DNA of 64,000 nt from Eledone cirrhosa. Taxonomy: Eukaryota. The number at the start of each line of letters is the position of its first letter. Position 1 is the first letter of the stretch. Of the stretch, positions 1-13,513 are shown one piece after another. The stretch is from positions 80,848,001 through 80,912,000 of the forward strand of contig OZ024747.1 of assembly GCA_964016885.1 (NCBI GenBank). The letters are read 5' to 3'. The notes below the pieces were generated by a model, which had not been told where the DNA came from, searched no databases, and worked only from the letters and a program-made list of their open reading frames with translations. A program made the position numbers and the translations under genes.

Positions 1-857
1 GGTATTAGTTAATTTATTTATTAATTAACAATGGCATTTATTTATTTATTTATTTATTTATTTATATATTTAATAATTCTCTATTACCGGTTTCAGCATT
101 TTATGCATTATCAAAGGGGGGAATTTGTATTGGTATAAAATGCTGGAGAGTATTTTATGCATTATCAAAGTGGGGAATTTGTATTGTTATAAAATGTTGG
201 AGAGAAGATAATGTGATGTTGAAGATGTTAAGGAAATGGGAAAGAAAGAATAATATTATTTACAAACAAGGTTTTTGAAGTAAAACGATAAAAGAAAAAA
301 AGGGGATGATGTGGAACATGGTAAGGTAATGGGTAAGAAAGAATAATATTATTTACAGGCATAGTTCTTGAGGATAAGCAGTTAAAAAAGTGTTATTACG
401 GCAAGAGCGCTTGGTTGGTCCATGATGGAAGCAAATGGCATTCTCCATAATGGACCAACCAAGCGCTCTTGCCATAATAACACTTTTTGAACTGCTTATC
501 TTCAAGAACTATGCCTGTAAATAATATTATTCTTTCTTTCCCATTACCTTATCATGTTCCACATCACCGCCATTTTTTTCTTTTATCTTTTTACTTCAAA
601 AACCTTGTTTGTAAATAATATTATTCTTTCTTTCCCATTTCCTTAACATCTTCAACATCACATTATCTTCTCTCCAACATTTTATAATAATACAAATTCC
701 CCCCTTTGATAATGCATAAAATGCTCTCCAGCATTTTATACCAATACAAATTCCCCCCTTTGATAATGCATAAAATACTGAAACCGGTAATAGACAATTA
801 TTAAATATATAAATAAATAAATGCCATTGTTAATTAATAAATAAATTAACTAATACC
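1..857. repeat. Long inverted repeat (about 430-bp arms, about 14-nt spacer), probably extending left of the window
   Basis: 1-429 is the reverse complement of 444-857 with scattered substitutions (ggtattagtt / aactaatacc; gcaagagcgcttggttggtcca / tggaccaaccaagcgctcttgc). Arms contain an internal ~54-bp tandem duplication. Confidence 0.97.
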
Positions 858-1027
858 TTAACACTTCACACAAAGTACAATATTTTGTTTTAAACATTTT
901 CTAACCCAGAAAAAAAGAGAAAAAATAAAAGGAAAAAAAAAAGTTTTTTTTCCTAATAATCGTCTTTTTCTCCCTCCTATTTACATATATATATATTCCA
1001 ACTCGTGTGCTCCTTATCCACATTTTA

Positions 1028-1065
<38 letters not shown>

Positions 1066-1077
1066 TGTGTATATGTG

Positions 1078-1205
1078 AAGGTGCGTGACTTAGTAATTAG
1101 TTTATTCGGCTCACGATGTAAATTCGTGAGATCGATTCCCAGTGGTGCGTTGTGTCCTCGAACAAGTCACTTTATTTCCCACTGTTCCAGTCTAATAAGC
1201 TCTCA
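1078..1205 (+). mobile_element. Degenerate tRNA-derived SINE (family B)
   Basis: Decayed A/B boxes (gcgtgacttagta, gatcgattccc) followed by gcgttgtgtcctcgaacaagtcactttattt, similar to 23928-24200 and ~55000-55110. Confidence 0.6.
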
Positions 1206-1704
1206 AAATTGAGAGGGACCAGTTATGTCACATTCTTTACCCGCCGAATCTCACTGAATTAAAATTCCGCCACGGTAACTATGCTTTTTATTCTCGCAAG
1301 GTCGATTAAAAAATTACTAGTCAAGTACTGCTGTCGATCTGTCCTCTAGTCTTCCGTCTCACCTTCCCCCTCTCTGTGGAAGAAATGGGCTGTGTTTAGA
1401 CCTGGAGAATGAATAAGCTCCGCCAGGTTTAAAGTGGCCAAAATACGGCACCCCTACGTCTTCATTATAAGTATCAGATATCACGTGTGTGTATGTAGAT
1501 ATCAACGAAATGTTTATGCCTGTTTGTAAATACTTTTAATTCGACATAGAAATATTTCAACATTCGTACGTCCGATAAATAGTTGTTTCAACTTTTGGCA
1601 CAATGCCACCAATTATCACAGTGGTACTTTATTTTACCGATAAATAATGGTCTTTAACATGAGTCTGCAACAGAGGACAGTTATTTGCAAGCTGTATGTG
1701 TATC

Positions 1705-1707
<3 letters not shown>

Positions 1708-1770
<63 letters not shown>

Positions 1771-1957
1771 TTATAGACCAAATGATCACTGAAGCCCACA
1801 ATTAAAGTAGAACCCAAAGTTAAAATCACAATGTTAAATAAAGACTTGCAATACATTTATTAAACGATACGTAAAAGTATATAGAATAATATACATACTC
1901 TATATGTACGTATGTATCATATATATATATATATGTACATATATATATATATATATA

Positions 1958-2044
<87 letters not shown>

Positions 2045-2108
2045 GTTTGTGCAGACACGTACACGCATACACACATATATATATATACACCTATATATAT
2101 ACATATAT
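1708..2108. repeat. (TA)n microsatellite arrays
   Basis: Direct reading; YIYI ORFs are artefacts. Confidence 0.95.
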
Positions 2109-2566
2109 AATTTATTGAAGTATGCATATTGAAACCATTTATATGAACGGAAATGGAGTTAAGAGGTTTATTATGAAACAAAAAGAAAAACCATACAAAT
2201 GACAAGGAAACAAAAGCATAAAACAAACAGCACGCCAACCAACTTGTAGAACATATATAAAACATATAGAAGCGCTTATTTATTTTATTCCTTGATTGAA
2301 TTATTATCTTTTTTTTAATATTTCATGTTCATATTTCGAAAACTAAACCACTAAAACAGTTAAAGGAAAAACATTGTTTAGCACTGGTAAAAATATGTCT
2401 GATTGCTAGAAATTTTCAATATCTCTATTCAATCCATTAGATACTCAATGAGGCTTAAATAATACTTAAAAGTTGAAAGTCTTTAAGATCAAAGTAGTTC
2501 TAGTTACTTGAGGGTGGCGGGCATTTCGTAAGAGGAAAAATGCAACGTTCTGAGTTATTTAATCAT

Positions 2567-2613
<47 letters not shown>

Positions 2614-3588
2614 GTCTTTATTTATCTATTTATGTATTTATTTGTTTGTTTGTTTCGTTGATTAAATACGAATTATTTCTCTCTATTTAGTTTTATATAC
2701 TCACTCCATCTCTCCCAACTCTTTCTGTCTTTACAACATCGCTGACCTCACTCTTTCGTTTTCTATCACTCTCCCTATAAAAGTATTTCTCTCTTTTTAC
2801 TTCTTTCTTGCTGTAAGTGCAACAGTATATGTCTGTGTATAAATATATTTCCCGTGAATAATTATGCCTTTGTAATATTATCATAATCGCCACCCTCTCT
2901 TCTTCCATTTTCTCCTAATCTCCTTCCCCCCCCCCCCTTCGTTCCTTTCCTCTTCTTCATCTTCATCTTCATCTTCGTCGTCATCATTATCATCATCATC
3001 ATCAGCATCATCATCATCATCTTCTTCTTCATTTTCGTGATCAACATCAAGATCAGATCAGCTTCTTCATCAATATCGTCATGATATTGTTGTTTTTTAT
3101 ATTTTTCCGATTGTTATATTTGCTTGTGATATTATTTTCATGTAATTCTGCAGAATTATATAAGTTTTTTAATGTATCACCAGGTGGATCTCTGTGTTTC
3201 TGATGCGCGTGTACCATTGTTCTGGGTTTGCATTTGGTTTATTTGGATTATATCTAATTTGGTTTGTCATGAAGTTTGCTTTGTTGCTTATTGTTTTATT
3301 TAAATGTATCTTTTTTGTGAAATGTTTAATAGTATTTTGAACTGATTGCGTCGAATATGTTCTGTGTAAATTGCTCTATTAAACTGAAAGTAATTTTCAT
3401 TAGTTAAGTAAACAGTGTCTGTTGTCCAATGTTCCAGGTAGTTTGAGAGGCAGAATACAAACTTCTGAGCTGTACGACAACTAAAATTAGGAAAGCTAGG
3501 CCAGGAACCTTAGTGGAAGCTGCCTTTCCGCCATATAAATGCTTCCAATTACCTGATTGAGAAAAGGTGAATAGAAAGCAGCTGTAAA

Positions 3589-3760
3589 TTGGCAGTATTG
3601 GTAGAGGGTCGTAGTTACGTCGTAGTTACGTCCCTTTACGATCTGAGTTCAAATCCCGCCGAGGTTAACTTTGCCTTTCATCCTTACGGGGTCGATAAAA
3701 TAAAGTACCAGTAATACACTGGGTAATTTGCTGGCCTTGTGCCAATAGTAGAAACAATTA
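3589..3760 (+). mobile_element. tRNA-derived SINE family A
   Basis: A box tggcagtattgg, B box gagttcaaatcc, central gcctttcatccttacggggtcgataaaataaagtacc, tail agtagaaacaatta; about 20 copies in the window. Confidence 0.9.
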
Positions 3761-5149
3761 TCATAAATAGTGGTAAATAGTGGGTAAAGTTAACATACAA
3801 AACTAGATTGTAACTGTTTAATTTTTATAAAGAACTATATGAAAAGCTAGATAGAATGGATCTCCATCGGTATAGAGGTTGTTCCAGACGACGTTCGATC
3901 AGCGGAACAAACCAGTTCAGGATATTGGCGTGGGCATCACCGTTTTCTCAGCAGCTTACGACTCTAACAACAGTTATGGGTCTTTAAATAAAATTATATA
4001 TTAGACATTGTGGTTATGTATGTATATGTGAAGAAAAGTGTTTGTATGTGTGTGTTTGTGTGTTATCTGTGCGATTGTAAACATTTTGGATACAACATAC
4101 ATATGTTTCAACATATATGGGTCAGACAAACAGTGGCCCTTTACATGCGTCTTGTGCGGAGGACAAACATTTACAAGATTATTCAATATTCAGATTGGAG
4201 AGTAGATGGTCTCCATATGTCACGAGGGTGCTCTTATGAAACCATCAGAAATTACGTCCAACATACATGCATACATGTATACATGCATACATGCATACAG
4301 TTTATTATATTGAAAATACTGTTTAGTGTAGGACCTGTAATTGTTTATCTTCCTTTGCATACAATTTCAAATCATCCATGTACATGAAATGCAAATATGT
4401 CCATGAATAACATCAGAGAGGGTGAATGTGTGGTTTTCCGCATAGTTTCTCTCTACAAAACTTTGCATACACATTATTGATCAACTCGAGGCTGCTAAGA
4501 GAGAAGACATTTGCCAAATTGCCTTACAGCAGGATGGAACACGAACCAATGCTTTTGTGAAGCACAATTCTTAATCAAACAGCCATGCCTGAACATAGGA
4601 AAGGTTCTATTAGTGCTTTCATATGATTAAATTTAATTTGTTAAGGGCTTGTTCTATACCAGGGATATTGGTTGTGTCTCCTTAATCACATCTGGCAATC
4701 ATTATATATATATATATTTTTTTTTTTCTGTTTCATGAGTAGTATCTTCAGACTAACATCACCTTTTTGTTATTCCATTGGTGATTGTTTTGATGTTCAA
4801 TATAACGAAGTTGCTTCCTATTACTGTTAATTGCAAAGATGTCGGCGTTTGCTGCTCTTTTATGTCTCCGCTTAAGTTAACATTTCTGTTGTAATTAGAA
4901 TTGTTAATGTATGTATTGAATTCACACTTAATATAATTGTATTGTATTTAACTTGTAATACCCAATTACAAACAATACGTACTAGAATAATAGAATTTGT
5001 TAATACACGTATATAACCGTAGTCATTTTACAAGAGCAATCGAGTCAGGGTATATGAGGAACATAATTATACTTAGTTACGTATGGGAAAGGGAGAAGCA
5101 TAAGGTCACGGGGATGGGTGGTAAGTTCATATGTGCAGATTGGAATTAT

Positions 5150-7100
5150 TCCAAGTGATATCAATAGATAACAATGCATTAAATCCTTCCTTCTTTATAT
5201 ATTCCTGTAGAATTTATTTCATCTTCATCCCAAGACGCCAATGAAACCTCTCTGGGAATAAAGGAATCTTTTATTTTTTTTCTCTTTCAAAGCATGAGAA
5301 TTACTACTGGTAGTATCTTTTGCAATAATGCTTCTGTCGTCTGTTTCTAAAATAAGCTGCTCCTAATAATCATTTAACTTAAAATAAACTGGAATTTCAC
5401 ATTGCGTAATTGAAGTCTCCAATTCAATCAGATACGTGTAAAAACATTGAGTGACAAACTCTTGCAATATAACCCTTCTTTTGGCACAAGTACCAAACAG
5501 TATTTCGAAATGACATTTTGTTCCATTGTGTCATTTCCTATAGGACTCACAAGTTCCAAACCAGTGTTGTGACTGCCCTGAAGTTTTCTTCGAAGGAAAT
5601 GAATAATGCGAGTTAACTAAGAGAAATGTTGGAATTAGTTGCTCAGGGATAATTGGGTGACCTGGGATGGTCCTTTTTCTAACGTGAGAAGTTTCAGTTG
5701 TAACTTGGTATCATTGATTGTTTTTATACAGTATATTCTAATTTCTCATATTGAAACTGGAGCTTGTCACTGAGATTATGAAGGCGACAAATGATTATGT
5801 CTCATTTTTAGAGTTGATTTCAGAGCTTATGAACATCGAGTGTATTCTTTTCGAGTTCGATATTTTATTTGAATGTGCCGAATATATTCACTTTATTTCA
5901 TCCCCAGACATATATGCCAATTTTTTCCAGTTGATGGCTTAAACCCGCCTTTTTGATAGTAGTCCTGATGTCATTTTGTCAACTTCAACTCCATACGTAT
6001 GACACATCTACAAAGCTTTACAGTTTAGAAAAGATTTTCAAAATGTGTCAAGGGCTTGGCACAAAACTAATGTTATCCATTTAGAGCAGGTAGCTTACTA
6101 AGGTCATTCTGACCATGCACAGGACCCCTCACGGAAGGGTTTAAAGCTGCACATAATAGGGCAAATGTCAGAGAGAACAAAAGATCTGAAAGTGAATCTC
6201 CTTGGAACCTTCTCGTTTTTGTATAAATTGGTTGTGATTTATTACCGCGCTTGGATTCCAATTTAGCATGCTACTTTTCATTACTCCAATAATCAACGGT
6301 GATAATGTATACCCCCTCCCCACTGAATCAAAGTTATATGAAGGCTGTACATTACAATACATATTTGTATAGACTACTTAGACAGTAAGTACATTCTTCC
6401 GTTTCAGGCAGCAGTCTCTGTTTACTACACAGACTGTGAGGTATTTGGTTTAAAGCTGTTATATCTATTTAATTAATTTGCTCTCTAATTATTTCTAATG
6501 CTTGGTTTGCTTCTTTAATTAGGCCTTTGTATATTCAATTGTGTATTTGTGCATTCAATTTCGCTGGTTTATAGCCTCTCTCACCAATTTGAATGATTTC
6601 ATCGCTTTAAATTTTTATTTTATTTCCTCTATAATATTTTCTGTCATTATATTCCTTCATTTGTATTGGCATTTTCCTGTTATTATTATCTGGCAATGTT
6701 AATCTTGGAAATCGTAGTTTCTTGTTGACTTTTACATCATCCCTGTTAGGTTGCAAGGTTATATATCCTGTTCTAGTTTGCATTGTGTTCTTTTTTTTTT
6801 AGTAGTTGTCGATTCTTTGATATTAGCTGAAGGGTGTGTTTGGTAGTATAGAAAACATTTATAACCTCCAGGTTTTTCACACTGGTTCATTTATATGTTC
6901 GATTGTTTTGTGTTGTTACTATTTTGACTTGGCTGTTAAATGTTTCCATTTGGTTATCTTTCATTACTGAATTCTTTCGATTCTAAATATGTTGTGGATC
7001 GCGTTGACATATACCTGATACAACAATAGATCTAGAACGTTTGTTTTACGTTAGCTCATATCTCTACTATACTAGAAAATTTAAAACATGTCCATCTATT
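5150..7100 (-). mobile_element. Highly decayed non-LTR retrotransposon RT region (R4/Dong-like)
   Basis: ORF 6073-6261 contains RRFQGDSLSDLLFSL (RT motif B' of the QGDSLSPLLF type); boundaries approximate. Confidence 0.6.
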
Positions 7101-7289
7101 ATTATTCTTTTCCAGTTGTATTTTATGACGTGTCATCATTGTACTACTGAACGTAGTTGTCTGCGCCTTGCACACATACACTGATTTCTGTGGCAATTTT
7201 TACCATTATTGAAAATTCTTTCCATAATATGTGAGCAGTGCCTAGGAATGATTTTTCTATATATTGTGTAAATCTGTTTTCATTATGCT

Positions 7290-7470
7290 TTGCGTCATAG
7301 AGTTATGTCCCTTTACGTTCTGGATTCAAATCTCGCCGTGGTTAGCTTCGCCTTTCATTACTACGAGGTCGATAAAATAAACTACCAGTAATGCACTGAG
7401 GTCGATTTAAACAACTTTCTCCCCCCTCCCATATATTGCTGGATTTTTGGTCTAAATCGGAAACCATTAT
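7290..7470 (+). mobile_element. SINE family A, 5'-truncated long-tail variant
   Basis: gattcaaatctcgcc...cgaggtcgataaaataaactaccagtaatgcactg matches the family consensus. Confidence 0.8.
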
Positions 7471-7546
7471 GTATTTGTTTCTTTTCTACATCTTTCATCT
7501 GTCTTAAGTTTTAATGACGGCTTAAACTTAATTAAAGTTATGAATT

Positions 7547-8085
7547 CTAGGACTCTTTCGGCCTCCACCCTCTTTCCTGTCGCCACAGTACCGGCCGCCT
7601 TCCACTCCATGCTGCCCTCAACGAGGACATAAAGCATGGCTTGGACGCTGCAGGCTTCCCTTCCCAGCTCGAGCCGGTGGGGCTGGACCGAGGGGACGGA
7701 AAAAGGCCAGATGGCACGACCATCTTCCCGTTCCGCGGTGGCAAACCCCTCGTTTGGGATGCCACTTGCACCGACACTTTCTCAAGCCGCAACCTGGTGC
7801 AATCTGCGTCTAACACAGGTTCTGCTTCACGTCGGACTGAGGAGTCCAAATTCTTCAAATACCGGTCGCTCTCTTTGTGGTAGTACCCTTGGCAGTGGAG
7901 ACTTCTGGTGTTCTCGGCCCTAGGGCTACCTCCCTACTCACCACTATAGGCGCTGAGCTGACCAGCCGCAGGTGTGAGCCTCGCGAGCTGGAATGGCTTT
8001 TCCAGCGCGTGTCCCTTGCCGACCTCCGGGGAAACGACTTCTCCATTCTGTCCGCCGGGACTGTGGGGAGGCCACCAATATGATT
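7547..8085 (+). mobile_element. 3' fragment of an RLE-endonuclease non-LTR retrotransposon (CRE-like)
   Basis: EPVGLDRGDGKRPDGTTIFPF..LVWDATCTDT..KY, then frameshifted VPLAVETSGVLG..FQRVSLA.LRGN: PD..D restriction-like nuclease end. Confidence 0.85.
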
Positions 8086-8869
8086 GACTGACTTGTCATT
8101 TTATCAGTCAGATATCCTAATGATAGTGCTAACAGAGAGAAATAAATGTCGTCCATTTTACAGTTACTTTTCATTTCATATTTTCTGGCATTTCTAAACG
8201 CCCGTTTCGTTATTGACACCATACTACATGAGAATTCAAATCAAAGTTCTCTTTTTCAACGCTATGTATAATCCGTAGGTCTGCAGAGTAGATACAGAAT
8301 ACTCATATTGTTAAGGAGTTAACTTAGCAGTCTTTAGGTTCCGGTTTGGATCGCAATGCGTAGCATCTTGAGCAAGTGTGACTTATAACCACAGGCTGTG
8401 GCGGACTGGCCAGGTTGCAAAGTTGCCCAATGGCAAGTGGGCCCCAAGGATACAGCCGTAGCATTGCAGGAGCCCATAGTAAATTTGCAGCGCCCACTTT
8501 TTTAGGGGCCAATGCTTTCCTTTAAAAAAAATACCTGAAGTGTAAGAGGGAGAAAAAAAATTAAAAAATGTAAATGAATCAATTAAGCAAAGCATTTGGT
8601 CAACCAATTCCCCAAGAAATTACTAGAAACCAAGATATATGATTGTGCAGATAGCTGGAATCAGTGGTTGTACATTCTTCTAAATCTAAAGCTTAGTGTA
8701 TTCATTCATGCACACATACATATATAGACACACACACAAGAATATTTATATATATATATACGCTTGTGTGTGTCTCTATATATGTATGTTTGCATGCAAA
8801 CATACATATATATAGATACACACGGTAATCCTTTTCATTTTTATTCTATGGGATGTAAAATAAAAACTG

Positions 8870-8957
8870 AAAAAGATTACATGTACCTCTCGATCAGGAT
8901 TGAACCCAATACCAGGATCTCCACCGTCTCTAGTACTTACCGCTAGGCCACTGAGAC
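8870..8957 (-). ncRNA. Pol III-like small RNA unit 1 (tRNA-like or SINE-like)
   Basis: Minus strand: TTTATAAGTATAAA about 25-35 nt upstream, A box GTGGCCTAGCGGTA, B box GGTTCAATCC, T5 terminator. Confidence 0.6.
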
Positions 8958-9518
8958 AGTTACGAAATGCACCTGAAAATTTATACTTATAAACCTACTG
9001 TCAAAATTTTCAAAACACAATCATATAGTGTCGTTCATGTCTTTCTTAATGTTATTGCTCCTACTTAAGGTCGACTTCTAAATCATTTGGGTGTTCCATA
9101 AATTACATCCTCGTTCTGTTTCTCATCTATCTAGACTATATTTTAACCTGTAATCCATGTTTCATTTCTGTTGCACCTCATTTCTCCCCCTCTCTCTGTG
9201 ATATTTGAATCTACCATGATTTGGGTTTACTTTATTCATATACATGTTTTTGCATGTCAGATTCAAACTTACCATTATGTATATATGTATATATATATAT
9301 ATATATATGTATTATTTGTTTGTTAAAATAATCAAATTAAATTAATTCAACAGTTAAAAACACAGAAATAATTGGTTGTTACCAAAGGGCCAGAAGATTG
9401 ACAAGACGACCCTAAATATCACTAATAGCTCTAGGAAAGCCATGAACGAACCACCACATTTTAACTTTGATTTTGAAAGTAGGTTTATAAGTATTAATTT
9501 CCGTCAGACTTTTCATCA

Positions 9519-9612
9519 GTCTCCGTGGCCTAGCTGGAGGAATCATAGACAGTAGTGATCCTGGTCTAAAGTTCGATCCTGGTCGGGAGTCGGGTTCCCG
9601 GTAAATTTTTTT
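9519..9612 (+). ncRNA. Pol III-like small RNA unit 2
   Basis: TTTATAAGTA 9484-9493, A box GTGGCCTAGCTGG 9525-9537, B box GTTCGATCC 9571-9579, T7 at 9606-9612. Confidence 0.6.
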
Positions 9613-9638
9613 CAGTTTTTTCCTATGGGACGTAAACT

Positions 9639-9699
9639 AAAAAAGATTACATGTACCTCTCGACCAGCATTGAACACAACACCAGGATCTCCACTGAGA
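9639..9699 (-). pseudogene. Pol III-like unit 3, A box deleted
   Basis: 9620-9795 parallels 8845-9055, with a deletion between two ccac direct repeats. Confidence 0.6.
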
Positions 9700-9833
9700 A
9701 AGCTACGAAAATCTACTGAAAATACTTATAAACCTATTTTCAAAATTTTCAAAACAGAATGATGCGGTGTCGTTCATGTCTCTCTTAATAATTATTGATA
9801 AGGTATATAATTATTAGACACATATTCACGCAC

Positions 9834-9884
<51 letters not shown>

Positions 9885-10396
9885 ATGTAAGAGACCAAAG
9901 GTCATTATAGAAGGTCTCTGGATTTCGCAAAGTACATAATATTTTTTATTGGAGAGGGTAAGATATTTTTCGCAAAATTTGATTGCACTGTTTTGTTTCT
10001 ACTTATGTATTATTTTGAAAATATTATTTATTCATTATAAAAATTAAATGATAGGCTTCTATATGTAGGTGGGCCCCCTTTATCTCCTGGCAATCAATAT
10101 TTTTAGACCCAATCCGCCACTGACCACAGGTAGATCCTTGCTTAGTGAGTGAAACTAGGTTGACAGAAATTGTTTGGAGTCTCGTGGGATGGAATGTACC
10201 TGTAATTCAAAGAGACAGTTTAATCTCACACTGAATCTCCCTGAGAATTACGTTAAGGGTACATATGTTTGTGAAAGACTCAGTCATTTACATGTTGATT
10301 TCATTGATCGAGTAACTGAAATACTCGTTGTTGAATTTAATGGAGGTTCATTTGAGGTGCACACAAAACAATAACTTTCACCTGATATATATATAT

Positions 10397-10567
10397 AATT
10401 GTTTCTACTTTTGGCACAAGGCCAGCAAATTACCCAGTGTATTACTGGTACTTTATTTTATCGAAAGTCAAAGTTATTTTATGAAAGTCAAAGTTAACCT
10501 CGGCGGGATTTGAACTCAGAATGAAAGCATGACGTCCGACCCTCTACCGATACTGCCAATCCACCGC
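10397..10567 (-). mobile_element. SINE family A
   Basis: Reverse complement of consensus: taattgtttctac...ggcgggatttgaactcag...ctgccaatccacc. Confidence 0.88.
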
Positions 10568-12306
10568 TTCAAATTTGTCCTTCCACATTCTAAGTTCGAA
10601 TCACACAAGCTGTCGACAAAACTATTCCTAGTTATAATTAACTACGCTGTTTTTAATATCTCCTTTTTCCATTTTATTCACATCTTTACTTAAACATTAA
10701 AACATAATATAAACTTAATATTAAAACTCATATTTAGCACTAAAAATCTTTTTTCTTTCCTTCCAATTTCTTTCTGTTTGCGATGAAACTCTTTTTTACT
10801 CTTAATTTTTTCTGTTCACGTCTGAAATCATTCCAAATTTTCTAGTTCCCACGGACTGACACGTTTTATATTGTTTTATTTCTTTAGTTCGTTTGATTTC
10901 TAAAAAATGCAAAAATAAAGAATGTATAAAATAAAGAATATAAGAAAGGAAATTTACAATTGTGCAGCACTTTTAAATTAATGAGCTTGTTTAAATATGT
11001 TTTTGTCGTTTTTTAAGTTTCGATTGGTTTTGATATTCAGCACCATGTGTTCGTGCATATATTTTTCACTAATAATTGAATAATGTAAATAAAATACAAA
11101 CATATATATATACGGATAACTTAAGAAATTATTAGAAAAGAATAAAAGGAGAAATTCTAAATAAAATAATCATAAATATGAAAAGAAAGCATTAAATAAA
11201 CAAAGAATCAAAGATATTTTTTGAAATAGAAAACATTTTTTTCTGAAGCCACTAGTTTATACAATTACCAGTGACCACCATTTCTACATATAGAAACTGA
11301 GAGAACATAGACGTACTCATGTAAAATCAAATTTTAAAAATTAATTTTTAGATCAAATTTTGATTATTTCATGGATACTAATTTCAATGAACTGACATTC
11401 CCACTAAAATCCAAAATTACATACCAATAAGTAGTAACCCAAATGGGTTCTAGATGGGGAAAAACCACCATAAAACAAAAATGAACTGCAATAATAAAAA
11501 GCGATGTTTCTAGGCATCAAAACACACTTCTTAAAAGCCACATAGCTTTTATATATAATTCCACTCCATCTTTTTACTCCATTACCGCCAACTAGTTAAA
11601 TGAAAATGTAACGTGCATATTGACAGTATATTACCATTATTTGCAGCATTACTTTGTACAGGACCAGTATCTGTTTAAGGTTTTTTTAGCACAACTATTC
11701 ATCTACATATTGATATTCGTGATTAAAGTCTCACACATCACAACGTACAACGTTTCTATTTCTAATGTATTCGCTGCGGATTAAGGTTATGTTAAAATTA
11801 TAAAGAGGATAGAATCACACACACCCCTTACTTTTCAAGCAGATAACGCTTTCCTCCCAAAATGTTTTCTACTCTTCCATAGAAAATGTTTTCTACTTTC
11901 CACTGGGAAATGCTGTATTAACGTCTATGTGGCATTTTCATTTTTAATCAATACAAAGCAGCTTGAGGTCACAAAAGATAATACATATCTCAAAATATAT
12001 AATGTTATTAAAAGAACGTCCTCGCCAAATTACTCATATATTGTAGTCCCTATATTTATAATAATTGATAATATTGTATGTGAGAATCAAACTCACAACC
12101 TCACTTTGTTTCACGTTGCTCCAGTTTACTGCGCTGTAGAAATAAGTTGCGACGTCACTGTGTCAAGCTGTATCGGCCTTGCCTTGGACAACATCGGTGG
12201 CGTGGAGAGAGGAGACTGTCGGTCTTCCACATGGGTGACTACTGGTCTTCCACAACAACCTTGCCCCGATCGGAGGGGAACTTTCTATATGCAAATACAC
12301 TTTACC

Positions 12307-12353
<47 letters not shown>

Positions 12354-12944
12354 GTGTTTTGAATTCAATTCCACGTTTTCTTTCATCCATTCGAGGTCGA
12401 TAAAGAAAGTACCAGTTAATTACTAGAAACCATTATATTATACACTATAAAGCAACAATTAAAGTTAACAATCTGAAGACTGAATTTCATGTTTTACTAT
12501 TTCTGACCTGAACGTCGGTTATAAATGCTAAAACGTACCAGAAAGATACTATTTATAGTTATGATACAGAGAAAAATACCATTGTATATAATTTAATGTA
12601 TTTATACAACTGTCAATGGACATTACTATTTCTCTGGCAGACAATTCGACTGGCTCTCTCTATTTAGAAAAATGTTAGGCTAGTGCTCCAGTGTGTATAT
12701 GTGACTGTTTTTTTTATCATTTAGGGGTGCTACTACGTTTCCAATAAATTATGTAAGACACTACGCCTTCATAAGTCATTACTTAAGATTGATTGTGACA
12801 ATTCTCAAACATTTATACGAATAACATTGTGCTATTTTCCACAAGAATACCTCAGTTATAGCTTTTAAATTCATTTCTCTGTATGTAGTTATATGTATAT
12901 AAGATTATATTAATAAATACACACACATACACACACACACTCAC

Positions 12945-13149
12945 ACTAAATTTAGATTTAATCGATACATATTAAATATATGCCGATCGTGTCTCAATAA
13001 AAAAAATACTCAATGAACATTAGTTCAGAACATACAATTATACATTAAAACTTATTATATAATGCTATGCTCTGAACTAATGTTCATTGAGCTTTTTTTT
13101 TTAATACACAATCGGTATTGTATAAGTATTGATTAAAACTAAATTTAGT
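12945..13149. repeat. Degenerate fold-back palindrome
   Basis: actaaatttag / ctaaatttagt ends and ctcaatgaacattagttcaga / tctgaactaatgttcattgag inner arms. Confidence 0.8.
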
Positions 13150-13307
13150 ATATATCTTCTCCCAATTCTTCAATGGGTTGAGTTGCCTTAAAGAGCCATG
13201 CTTGGTGCTATCTTTAGTATTCTTTACAGCCTGTCTCATCATATCTGCTTTTCTGGTAAACATTACTTCACACTATGTGGGGCATATTGTATAGCAGTTT
13301 GTATAGT

Positions 13308-13358
<51 letters not shown>

Positions 13359-13513
13359 ACACGGGTGTTTATGATTGTGTATAGAAGATTATATTAATAA
13401 GGGGAATTCCAACTTTGTCTGATTTACTCGTTTTATTTACAATCCTTTAAAATATATATAATATGGTATTATAATGAAATAGTATGATAGAATATTAAAT
13501 TCTAAGTGTTAAT

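Larger units (their letters stand above)
8396..10122. mobile_element. Non-autonomous hAT-type DNA transposon with 8-bp TSD
   Basis: TIRs CTGTGGCGGACTGG (8396) and CCAATCCGCCACTG (ends 10122), 12/14 match; TSD ACCACAGG at 8388-8395 and 10123-10130; gggccc subterminal motifs. Confidence 0.88.
8330..10350 (+). mobile_element. Old SINE split by the hAT insertion (8330-8395 plus 10123-~10350)
   Basis: ggttccggt..gcatcttgagcaagtgt head resumes after the duplicated accacagg. Confidence 0.55.

Noticed and set aside
3748-3760. SINE A tail TAGAAACAATTATT resembling HHR GAAACAATTGTT
   Set aside because: No CTGANGA or stem I upstream; more simply a LINE-derived ATT tail.
4725-4760. Minus-strand CTGAAGA..GAAA motif
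   Set aside because: No convincing stem II, stem III or stem I partner.
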